Shown here piece after piece: positions 38,396 to 46,947 of a DNA stretch of 64,000 nucleotides. Positions within the stretch are counted from its first letter, which is position 1. Every line of letters starts with the position of its first letter. The position numbers and the translations under genes are program-made. The DNA comes from Candidatus Kaiserbacteria bacterium (GTDB lineage: Bacteria; Patescibacteriota; Minisyncoccia; Phycocordibacterales; UBA2100), in NCBI GenBank assembly GCA_021413775.1, contig JAIOPS010000021.1:5014-69013 (forward strand), read 5' to 3'. Below the pieces are notes generated by a model. That model was given only the letters and a program-made list of their open reading frames with translations. It had not been told where the DNA came from and did no database searches.

Positions 38396-40744
38396 TCACT
38401 TCCCCGCGCTTTCGTCGCGCGAAAAGAAAGTGCGGACGATAAGGAGCTGTACGAACGCGCACACTGCGGCAACGCCGCCTGCGAGACACACTGCCGCGGC
38501 TGACGGCGCGTACGTCGTATACAGAGACATGAGGAGCGGCACGTGGAAGAACACAAAGAGGAGCGCCGCAATGACGGCTCCGAGTCCGACCAATTGCCAT
38601 CGTTGCGCCCGGAACGAAATCTCCGTATAGACCTGCGGCGCAAGCAGGAAAAATCCGTATCCGAGAAATATGAAGGTAAGCACAAGAGTCGACCTCACCA
38701 TATCTTCTCCCACGAGAGAGGCACCGTAGAGGGCAACGAACACCGCGCCTGCCGCCTGCACCGGAGAGAGGGCGAGCGGTAACGGAAGAACTCTCTTGAG
38801 AAACGGTCGGGTGCTGACCGGTTTCGTATGTGCGGTCGGACGTATTGCCCAATATGAAATGAGCATGTACGGAATACCTATCGCAAAGAATGTGATGAGA
38901 GAAACGTTGAGCGGATTCAGCGGGAACGGATACCCGAGCGCGCTCAAAACAACAAACAGCATGAAGCCGAGAAATGTCTGGTTGAGAAAGATTCCGGTGT
39001 AGATTTCAATATTCTCAATCATGCTGTCCGCAAGTCTCACGCCGGCCGGCAATTCAATCAGACTGTTGCGCATAAGTACGACCGCCGCAACCTGCCGTGT
39101 CGCGGGCGCACCGTCGAACATGGCAATGCCGAGGTCGGCTTTTTTAACTGAGAGTGCATCATTGGCGCCGTCTCCGACCATCGCAGTGAATCCGCGCTCC
39201 TTGAGCACATCGATGATGCGTTCCTTTTGGTGCGGTTGAATCCGCGCAAAGATGCGGTATGCGTCGACAGATTCCCGGAACACCTCTTCGCTCCACGTAT
39301 CAATTTCCTGCCCGGTGACGACTGTGTCCGAACCCGCTATCCCGGCCCCTCTCGCTACCGCCTGTACAGTATCGGGATTATCTCCCGAGAGAACCCGTAT
39401 GCAGACCCCCCGGGACTGAAAGAAATCAACCGCATCGCGGATTCCTTCTCTCAGCTCCTGCCGCAGCACGAACACCGCGACTACCGAGAGCTTCGTTTGC
39501 GCGGAAAGTGCCGGAGGGACGACATTCCCGGGGCATTGCATCACAGTGAGTGTACGTTTGCCGCAACGTGCGTGCGTCTCGACGGTCTGTTGAAGCCACG
39601 CACGGTCAGCCTCAGTTGCACAGTGCGGGAGAAACGCCTCAGAAGAGCCCACGAGCACTGTTTCTCCGGTACCCAAGGTGTCGGATAAAGAGACGCCACC
39701 GAACCGTCTCCATGACGAAAAAGAGAGTGCGTCCTGTACGGTTTCATTTCCCGATACCTCGAGAAATTTGCGGACGGCGAGAATTGTTTCCGACGAATCG
39801 TTCGAACCGTTGATATACGCCGACGTCAGCCGCTTTGCCGTCGCTTCCGCTACCCCCTTCGGAAGCGACATTTCCTCAACCGTCGGCACATTCTCGGTGA
39901 GCGTCCCGGTTTTATCCATGCACAAATTCTTGATGCGACCGAATTTTTCGGTCGCGTTGACCTCCTGCAGCAAAACGTCCCGTCGAAGGAAATGTACCGC
40001 CCCGAACGTGAAGAGAAGTGTCGTCGACACAATGAGGCCCTGCGGCACAAGGATGCTCGCCAGCGCACCGATGGTCTCGACGACGGTGAGAGCATCGTCG
40101 TGCAGAATGTATCCTCGTGCAACTACAAACGCGATAGACGCAACGAGCACATACAGGGTGTATGTGATGACGGTGTTGATAGAGAGCTGAATGGGACTCG
40201 GATTCGCCGTATATCGCGTGAGACCGCGTGTCATATGTGCCATCGCACTTCCGTTGAATGAAGTGCCGGCACGCACGGTTCCGCGTCCGGCGGTTACAAT
40301 ACTGCCGCCCGCGACTTTCTCACCGACAGCCTTTGCAATTGAGCCGGATTCGCCGGTAAGAAGACTCTCGCTGATTTCCATGCTGTCCGATGCGGTGACA
40401 GTGCTGTCGCACGGCACTTGGTCTCCGAGTTTAAGACGCACCGCATCTCCTTCCTGAACTTTTTCAAAGAAAACCTCTTCTTCGCTGCCGTCAGCGCGAA
40501 TCCTCGTTGCCCGAAGCGCTGTCAGCTGCTGCAAGCGCTCGAGCGTAGCCCACGCACGAACGTCCTGCGCGATACCCAATACCATGTTCACAAACACAAT
40601 TGCGCCGAGAAATACGCCCTCCTGCGCACTACCGAAAAAGACAAGAAGTCCGACGACTAAGAAAATAATCGCGTTTATCGGCAGAAAAATGTGCCGTGCC
40701 GCAATAGAGGCGATGTCTGCGATTTGCCTGCGGCGGTCATTCAT
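38396..40744 (-). CDS. P-type ATPase (CtpE-like)
   Basis: LTGES, DKTGTLT, SGDN, MVGDGAND; TM4 reads VPQGL. Confidence 0.9.
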   Translation of the reverse strand: MNDRRRQIADIASIAARHIFLPINAIIFLVVGLLVFFGSAQEGVFLGAIVFVNMVLGIAQDVRAWATLERLQQLTALRATRIRADGSEEEVFFEKVQEGDAVRLKLGDQVPCDSTVTASDSMEISESLLTGESGSIAKAVGEKVAGGSIVTAGRGTVRAGTSFNGSAMAHMTRGLTRYTANPSPIQLSINTVITYTLYVLVASIAFVVARGYILHDDALTVVETIGALASILVPQGLIVSTTLLFTFGAVHFLRRDVLLQEVNATEKFGRIKNLCMDKTGTLTENVPTVEEMSLPKGVAEATAKRLTSAYINGSNDSSETILAVRKFLEVSGNETVQDALSFSSWRRFGGVSLSDTLGTGETVLVGSSEAFLPHCATEADRAWLQQTVETHARCGKRTLTVMQCPGNVVPPALSAQTKLSVVAVFVLRQELREGIRDAVDFFQSRGVCIRVLSGDNPDTVQAVARGAGIAGSDTVVTGQEIDTWSEEVFRESVDAYRIFARIQPHQKERIIDVLKERGFTAMVGDGANDALSVKKADLGIAMFDGAPATRQVAAVVLMRNSLIELPAGVRLADSMIENIEIYTGIFLNQTFLGFMLFVVLSALGYPFPLNPLNVSLITFFAIGIPYMLISYWAIRPTAHTKPVSTRPFLKRVLPLPLALSPVQAAGAVFVALYGASLVGEDMVRSTLVLTFIFLGYGFFLLAPQVYTEISFRAQRWQLVGLGAVIAALLFVFFHVPLLMSLYTTYAPSAAAVCLAGGVAAVCAFVQLLIVRTFFSRDESAGK

Positions 40745-40825
40745 TCCACGTATGCTACCAGGCCAGAGACGGGACACAACGCGTATCTATCACGGGTGCC
40801 GGGTGCGTCGGGCTCAAGAGTTTTT

Positions 40826-40981
40826 GTGCGGGATGCGGTAATCGGCCACGGTTACTAATTCGCTTCGCTCATAAGTACCGCCGGCCCGGGCTCGCCCGTC
40901 GCCAAGGCGACATGGCTCCGCCTTTCGATTCCCCGCGTACAGTGCGAAGGCACTGTACGCGTCCCCTCCTCACTTCGTTCG
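40826..40981 (-). repeat. tRNA-Gly-associated structured element
   Basis: 18/19 direct repeat 40826-40844 vs 40982-41000; inverted T-arm copy 40924-40933; 12-bp hairpin 40934-40961. Confidence 0.85.
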
Positions 40982-40982
40982 G

Positions 40983-41053
40983 TGCGGGATGCGGGAATCG
41001 AACCCGCGTCTAATGCTTGGGAAGCACTCGTTCTGCCACTGAACTAATCCCGC
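40983..41053 (-). tRNA. tRNA-Gly(CCC)
   Basis: GCGGGAT acceptor, loop TTCCCAA, GGTTCGATTCC; CCA not encoded. Confidence 0.92.
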
Positions 41054-41264
41054 GTACGGCATAAATCTATCACACACGATGCCTGCCAAACCAACCAAGA
41101 GCGAGCGCGGCAATGGCCTTTTGAAAACCCCGCAGGTTCTAACGACCTCAAGCGAGTGCGGACGTGTTCTTTTCCGTCTTGTGCCTCGCCCGTCGGGGCC
41201 GAGATTGAGCGCTGGCGCAGCAGCGCCAGATAGCGACGGAAAAGCACACGTCCGCCGAGCGCGA

Positions 41265-41639
41265 CTACCACCAGGTAAACGCTTTCTTCAATTTCTGCAT
41301 GAGAGAGGTCGAAGTCGCAACGGGCTCCGGCGCGACAGGCTCCACGATGACGATGAGTCCTTCTCCCTGTTTACCCACGTCGTACTGTTCCCGCAGAAGC
41401 TCTTCTCGGCCGCGGTCAGTTTTGAGCTTGGCGGTCTCGTCGTCGAGCCTCGCTGATTGCTGAGCCAGTGAATCGCGCTGCAGCTCAGCCTCTCTGCGGA
41501 GCTGATGTGACTCGCGTTCCTTGCCATAGACCTTCCAGACACCCATGGCGACGACGACTACCACCGCGAGGAGCGCAAACGTCCCGAGCCGACGAAAGAA
41601 AAGTCGCAGCGGCTCGTTCTGATTGCGGATAGTTGCCAT
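41265..41639 (-). CDS. septum formation initiator (FtsB/DivIC-like)
   Basis: One TM helix, coiled coil, EELLREQYDVGKQGE. Confidence 0.75.
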   Translation of the reverse strand: MATIRNQNEPLRLFFRRLGTFALLAVVVVVAMGVWKVYGKERESHQLRREAELQRDSLAQQSARLDDETAKLKTDRGREELLREQYDVGKQGEGLIVIVEPVAPEPVATSTSLMQKLKKAFTWW

Positions 41640-41667
41640 AAATCTATCGTACCACTATACTTGGGCC

Positions 41668-41796
41668 ATGAGTTTTCTGTTTCATAAACGCACAAAAAAG
41701 GTCCTCAACATCGTCTGGGGCTTCGTGGCGGTCCTGGTCATGCTCGGCATGGTCCTCTTCTTCGCTCCCGGTTTCGTGAATTTGCTGACCCAATAA
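41668..41796 (+). CDS. 42-aa small membrane protein (not in ORF track)
   Basis: MSFLFHKRTKKVLNIVWGFVAVLVMLGMVLFFAPGFVNLLTQ*; TATACT 6 nt before ATG. Confidence 0.7.
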   Translation: MSFLFHKRTKKVLNIVWGFVAVLVMLGMVLFFAPGFVNLLTQ

Positions 41797-41802
41797 ACCT
41801 TA

Positions 41803-42255
41803 ATGACTATGAGAATGTCGCTGTACGGCATCATCGCGATACTCCTCGTCGGCGTTTCGGTATGGTTCATCCTGCAGAGAAACCCCGGGACCTCTCCGGT
41901 ACCGAGCGCGGCCGCCAAGCATTCCATCTCGTGGAAATTCACGGATGCCGGCGAAGACAGCCAGGCTATTCCGCATACATCTGTCACAGCGGTGGTGGAC
42001 GGTACCGAATACAACGCCGGGACATACACCGGCAACTGCAGTGAAATCGGCGCCTCCGGCGGCATCGACGGCACAGGACTTGTGCAGGGAGAGCTCTCTG
42101 GAGTCCAATGCTATTTTGCAGGCGGCGGAGATGAGATAGGTGTCTTTTCCGAAAACGGTGCTCTCGTCATCAAAAAAGGCGTACTTGATGAAGGCTCCGC
42201 GGAAATACCCGCAGTTCGCGGCAATTTCCAGACCGTGATGTCCGTGAGACTCTAG
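41803..42255 (+). CDS. membrane-anchored secreted hypothetical protein
   Basis: N-terminal TM helix, beta-rich domain with two Cys. Confidence 0.7.
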   Translation: MTMRMSLYGIIAILLVGVSVWFILQRNPGTSPVPSAAAKHSISWKFTDAGEDSQAIPHTSVTAVVDGTEYNAGTYTGNCSEIGASGGIDGTGLVQGELSGVQCYFAGGGDEIGVFSENGALVIKKGVLDEGSAEIPAVRGNFQTVMSVRL

Positions 42256-44036
42256 CTCTCACGTACAACTTTCAAAAACACATCGCTCGGTATATCGACT
42301 TTGCCCCGCGCAAGCATCTTTTTCTTTCCACGCTTCTGTTTGTCGAGGAGTTTATTCTTTCGCGATACGTCTCCGCCGTAGAGATACCCTGTGACATCCT
42401 TCCGCATCGCGGATTTTCTGCGCGAGGCGATGATTTTTCCGTCCGCCTTCGCCTGAATCTTGAGCTCGAACAACTGCCGCGGCAGGAGCTTTTCGAGTCT
42501 CTCAACCATCGCTTCCGCTTCAATTTGTACGCGTCGCTTCGATACGATGCGAGCGAATGCGGGCACAGGCTCCTCGGCGACGAGCACATCGAGCCGCATG
42601 ACATCAGCATCTTTCAAGCCCGTCAATTCGTATGAAAGCGATGCAAAACCGCTTGAAATGCTTTTCAAGCGATCGAAAAAGCCGCGCATAAGTTCACGGA
42701 GCGGCATCTGCGCGTGAATTGCGGTCTTTCCGTCAGGCAGCGTCTCCGTATTGCCGACGACCGCCTCATGCTCGTAGAGAAGCTGCGAGACGCCGCCGAT
42801 GGATTCCGGCGGTGTGAAAATAACGACATCTGCCCACATCTCCTCGACGCGTTTCGCCGTTCCTCCGTCGGGAAACTTCGCGGGCGCATAGACGTCTTCG
42901 ACTTCGCCGTTGTTCTTCGTGACCCGGTACACGGTCGTGGGCATTGTGACCACCAGTTCAAGCCCGAATTCCCTCTTGAGACGCTCAACGATGATTTCGA
43001 GGTGAAGCATGCCGAGGAAGCCGCAGCGAAAACCTCTCCCCATGACGCCCGAAGACTCTTCCTCATACGAGAGCGATGAATCCGAAAGGCGCAGTCTGTC
43101 GAGCGATTGTCTCAAAAGCGGCAAATCATCCTGTGATTCAGGATACACGCTGGCCCAAATGACGGGCGTCGGCTGCTTGTACCCGGCGAGAGCCTGTGCA
43201 CCGCCTCGAGGTGCGATGACCGTATCTCCGACGCTCGCGATGCCGGGCCGTTTGATACCGGTGACGATGTACCCGATTTCTCCCTCAACCAATTTCTCGC
43301 ACGGTTTCTCGTCCGGCATGAGAGTTCCCACTTCTACTGCGGTAAAATCTTCGTTCGCTGCGGCGAACCTCAACGAGTCCCCTTTGCGTATCGAACCGCC
43401 GAATACGCGCGCATACACGATGACACCGCGATGGTCTGAATATCCGAAATCGAAGATAAGCGCCTGCGGAGCGGAACCGGACGAAACAGGCGGCGGAATG
43501 CGTGCGACTATCTGGTCCAGGAGCTCTTTCACGCCGGCACCCGTCTTTCCGGACACGGGCAGCACCTCGGACTCTTTGCATCCGATAAGGAGGGCCAGCT
43601 CGCTCGTGATGTCCGCTACGCGGGCTGCGGGTGCGTCGATTTTTGAAACGACAGGCACGATGATGAGCCCGAGCTCGCGGGCAACGCTGAGGACGGACAA
43701 AGTCTGCGCTTCCACACCCTGTGTCGAATCCACAAGGAGAACGACTCCTTCAACGGCCTGCAGCGCCCGGGAGACTTCGTACGAAAAATCGACGTGTCCC
43801 GGTGTATCGATGAGATTGATGACGTAGTCTTTGCCGCCGCTCCCCCAGTGCATGCGTACCGGCTGCATCTTTATCGTTATGCCGCGCTCGCGCTCAAGGT
43901 CCATCCGGTCGAGAACCTGGTCCTGCATATGCCGCTTCTCGATGGTGTTCGTCAACTCGAGCATACGGTCTGCTAGCGTTGATTTGCCGTGGTCGATGTG
44001 CGCAATTATAGAAAAATTCCGTATGTTCTCGGACAT
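42252..44036 (-). CDS. lepA: elongation factor 4
   Basis: IRNFSIIAHIDHGKSTLADR, RERGITIK, GFRCGFLGMLH, YGGDVSRK. Confidence 0.97.
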   Translation of the reverse strand: MSENIRNFSIIAHIDHGKSTLADRMLELTNTIEKRHMQDQVLDRMDLERERGITIKMQPVRMHWGSGGKDYVINLIDTPGHVDFSYEVSRALQAVEGVVLLVDSTQGVEAQTLSVLSVARELGLIIVPVVSKIDAPAARVADITSELALLIGCKESEVLPVSGKTGAGVKELLDQIVARIPPPVSSGSAPQALIFDFGYSDHRGVIVYARVFGGSIRKGDSLRFAAANEDFTAVEVGTLMPDEKPCEKLVEGEIGYIVTGIKRPGIASVGDTVIAPRGGAQALAGYKQPTPVIWASVYPESQDDLPLLRQSLDRLRLSDSSLSYEEESSGVMGRGFRCGFLGMLHLEIIVERLKREFGLELVVTMPTTVYRVTKNNGEVEDVYAPAKFPDGGTAKRVEEMWADVVIFTPPESIGGVSQLLYEHEAVVGNTETLPDGKTAIHAQMPLRELMRGFFDRLKSISSGFASLSYELTGLKDADVMRLDVLVAEEPVPAFARIVSKRRVQIEAEAMVERLEKLLPRQLFELKIQAKADGKIIASRRKSAMRKDVTGYLYGGDVSRKNKLLDKQKRGKKKMLARGKVDIPSDVFLKVVRES

Positions 44037-44132
44037 ATCGGGACACTATACCCCAGAGCGAAACTACTGGCGACGTAGAACAAAAAATTCGGCGGACGCC
44101 CATCAGTATGTCACGGGCGGTGATTCCGCAGA

Positions 44133-45869
44133 TTACGCGCTCGTCGTAGTTCCGAGGTCCTCCGCAGAGGACGCGACGGTGACCGCTGCGGACGGCGTTC
44201 GCTTCTCCCAGATGCGCGCATGGAGTGACACGTATACCTCGGTGAATTCCCTGCTTCCGAGAATGTAATACGCGACTCCCGCAACCAGTATCCCGCATAT
44301 GCCCGCCGCAAATCCCTGGACGAATATCGAGATGGTCGTCGAAGAAACGACGAAGGAGCTCGCGAGGCTGAGGAAGATATAGCTCCCCAGTCCTCCCGCA
44401 ATCGCGGCGAGGAAGCTCTCCAGTGCGGCAGGCGCAATCTGTACCAGGAACCCCTTGAAGCGCTTTTCGAAGTGGAGCGCAAGCACCACGGCCCCCAGAA
44501 TAGTCGAGAGCGCATATGAGAACGCAAGGATGAGGACGTTGCTTCCCGGTATATCATCGACACGCAAGAGATGTTCTGTGAGATGGAGCAGTGTCTGGTC
44601 GGTCAGGATAAAGAGACCAGAGGCTCCGAGCGAGAGTGTGCCCGCCGCAACTCCTGCCGCCACCAAAAAAGGCATGAATGTTTTTCCGGCGGCGTAGTAC
44701 CCGCGGACAAGGAGGAGCATGAGACCCTGCGCTGCGAGTGCGAGTGAGAGAAGCGCAAAGGCGGCGGCCGTGAGGCGGGTATCGTCCCAATTGAATGCGC
44801 CCGAGCCGAGAATGACGCGCACGATGTGCGCGCGCAGAATGAGAATGAGAGCGCTCGCCGGCATTGACCAGAAAAATACGTACCTGGCGGCCGTCGCCAC
44901 GTGACGCACGAATTCTTCCGTCTCTCCGCGCGAGAGTGCCCGTGCAAGCGTCGGGAATGCAGCAACGGAGTACGAAGCGCCGATGACGGACAGCGGAACG
45001 GCGGCAAGATTATAGGCGAACATAAAAACCGCAATGGAGCCGGCGCTCAGCAAGCCCGCAAGAGCCGTGAGCCCCAAAAAAGCGATTTGGTTCATCGAAA
45101 GCGCGAGCGCGCGCGGCACGGACACCATCGCAGTGTGTACGAGCGCCCGCATATCGCGGAGTCTCGGAATCCGCGACAAAAATCCGTCACCGACAAGAGA
45201 CGGAATCTGTATGCTCACGTGCATAAGCGAGCCGAGGACGACTCCCCATGCAAGTCCTGCAATGCCCCATGCGGGATAGAATCCGAGCACTCCCACGATA
45301 ATGCCGAGGTTGTAGAGGAGCGGCGAAATCGCATACAGTGCATATCGCTGCCGGGCCTGTGTCACACCGGCGAGGATATTCGAGAATCCGAGAAAAATCG
45401 GCTGCAGAAGCATGATGCGCGTCAGCAGGACGAGCGTCTCACTGTAGCCGGCCGCCGCAAGTTGCGGAAAAAGCCAGGGCAGTATCACAGGTGCCCAGAG
45501 TGCCGCGATGAGCGAGACGCCGACGGCGCATACGGAGAATCCGACGATGATGGTGTCGATGTAATCTTTCTGCTCTTCTTCATTGCGTCGCGCCAACTCC
45601 GGAATAAGCATGTATACCGACACCAGCGCACCCATGGCGACGAAAATAAGGTCCGGGATGCGAAAGCCGGCATAATAAATATCGAGCGTCGTCGACGCGC
45701 CGAACGTGTGCGCAAGCAGACGGTCGCGCACAAGCGCAAGGAGCGACGAGAGCAGTGCTGCTGCGGCGAGCACATAGACCGCCGCATGCAATCCGTGCAC
45801 CTCAAGCGAAAGATACCGCATTGCAGTGCGCGCCTTCTCCCGTGCGAACTCCGTACTTCTTTGAATCAT
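44133..45869 (-). CDS. murJ: lipid II flippase MurJ/MviN
   Basis: LVRDRLLA..FGA, FRIPD, SPLLYNLGII, AAFPTLA, RGYYA; exact start uncertain. Confidence 0.88.
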   Translation of the reverse strand: MIQRSTEFAREKARTAMRYLSLEVHGLHAAVYVLAAAALLSSLLALVRDRLLAHTFGASTTLDIYYAGFRIPDLIFVAMGALVSVYMLIPELARRNEEEQKDYIDTIIVGFSVCAVGVSLIAALWAPVILPWLFPQLAAAGYSETLVLLTRIMLLQPIFLGFSNILAGVTQARQRYALYAISPLLYNLGIIVGVLGFYPAWGIAGLAWGVVLGSLMHVSIQIPSLVGDGFLSRIPRLRDMRALVHTAMVSVPRALALSMNQIAFLGLTALAGLLSAGSIAVFMFAYNLAAVPLSVIGASYSVAAFPTLARALSRGETEEFVRHVATAARYVFFWSMPASALILILRAHIVRVILGSGAFNWDDTRLTAAAFALLSLALAAQGLMLLLVRGYYAAGKTFMPFLVAAGVAAGTLSLGASGLFILTDQTLLHLTEHLLRVDDIPGSNVLILAFSYALSTILGAVVLALHFEKRFKGFLVQIAPAALESFLAAIAGGLGSYIFLSLASSFVVSSTTISIFVQGFAAGICGILVAGVAYYILGSREFTEVYVSLHARIWEKRTPSAAVTVASSAEDLGTTTSA

Positions 45870-45952
45870 ACGCTACACATGAAGTCGCGCTCGTTTATAC
45901 GTTGGATAGTATCACACCGACTTCCGCAAAATGGATTGAAACTTCTGTTCAC

Positions 45953-46077
45953 AACAAACGAAGGCGAGCAGCACTTTCGTATTGCTCGCTTTCACTGCAT
46001 CTTTTGCAGAATACTGCGAAAGGCGATTTGTTTGCTTGGAAGCAGAAAAGCGAAGCATTTCTGCTTCGCTCACTGCA
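45953..46077 (-). repeat. multi-hairpin element downstream of rnpB
   Basis: 9-bp CACTGCATC at 45993-46001 and 46076-46084; hairpins GAAGCAGAAA/TTTCTGCTTC and AGGCGAGCA/TGCTCGCTT; GAGCGAAGC motif. Confidence 0.5.
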
Positions 46078-46429
46078 CTGCATCGATAAGCCGGGTTCTG
46101 TGCCGTCTCTGCCTTGCGACAGAGAGGTAGCAGCCATGTATCTGGGATGAACGTTGCCGTTCACCTCAAGCGACTCTTTCGTGAAGTCCAATTGGTTCTC
46201 CACGAACACGGTCTTGCACGCAAGTAGGATTTTTGCCGTTGCACCCTCTGTGTTTCCACAAAGGCTGATCCTTGCGGATCCCCTCGCCTCTCGGCTCGGG
46301 CGTCTCTGTTCGCATCCCTGGGATTACCCCGGCGGGCGTTACCCGCTACCCTGCTCCGTATATCTTGCGAAATACGGGCGTGTCCGGACTTTCCTCTGAT
46401 TCTTGCGAACCAGCGACTGCTTAATGCAG
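46078..46429 (-). ncRNA. rnpB: RNase P RNA
   Basis: Minus strand has GAGGAAAGTCCGG (CR-I) and ACAGAACCCGGCTTA (CR-V); ends CTGCAT/ATGCAG pair as P1. Confidence 0.95.
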
Positions 46430-46508
46430 AGGCTCATTGTATCACTATTTACAATGACTGTAAAATATGCTATAAAACAGCCCGCACAGCCTAAGAAAGG
46501 ACATTTCG

Positions 46509-46883
46509 ATGCCCTGCATCACCGTGACACGCGACCCCGCCAAGCTCATCGACCCGCAGGCCACCCGACTCGGGTACGCCCTCGAAGCAGCCGTGGTTTC
46601 GGCTCTGAAAGTGAAGCCGCATGAAGTTGAGTTCCGCGTTCGTGATTTCGGGCCGCTCGACCGCAACCATCCGCCCATCGCCATCGAAATCGATACCGGC
46701 AAAGGGAAGGACGGTTGGCGCGCGACCAATCGAATGGAACTTGCGAAACAAATCGCAGCGTCGGTCGTCAAAGCGGACATCATACCCGCGAGTCTGCTGG
46801 ACCCGAAAGAGGGTCCGTACGCATGGCTCAAGATTGTCGACAGCGCGTTCGTCCCGCTCGGTTTCCCTGATGAGGCGCGCTGA
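46509..46883 (+). CDS. hypothetical protein, possible tautomerase-superfamily fold
   Basis: Starts M-P (Pro1), two beta-alpha-beta-like units; AAGG SD. Confidence 0.5.
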   Translation: MPCITVTRDPAKLIDPQATRLGYALEAAVVSALKVKPHEVEFRVRDFGPLDRNHPPIAIEIDTGKGKDGWRATNRMELAKQIAASVVKADIIPASLLDPKEGPYAWLKIVDSAFVPLGFPDEAR

Positions 46884-46906
46884 CTTTCATTTCAAGGTAC
46901 GAAGCG

Positions 46907-46935
46907 AAAAGCCCCGGCGGCATGCCGGGGCTTTT
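46907..46935. terminator. bidirectional intrinsic terminator
   Basis: AAAAGCCCCGGC-GGCAT-GCCGGGGCTTTT between convergent genes. Confidence 0.85.
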
Positions 46936-46947
46936 AACTTTTTAGGA

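Noticed and set aside
40826-41053. tRNA intron, split tRNA or second tRNA gene in the trailers
   Set aside because: Each tRNA is already complete, and the trailers lack D and anticodon arms and group I/II intron cores.
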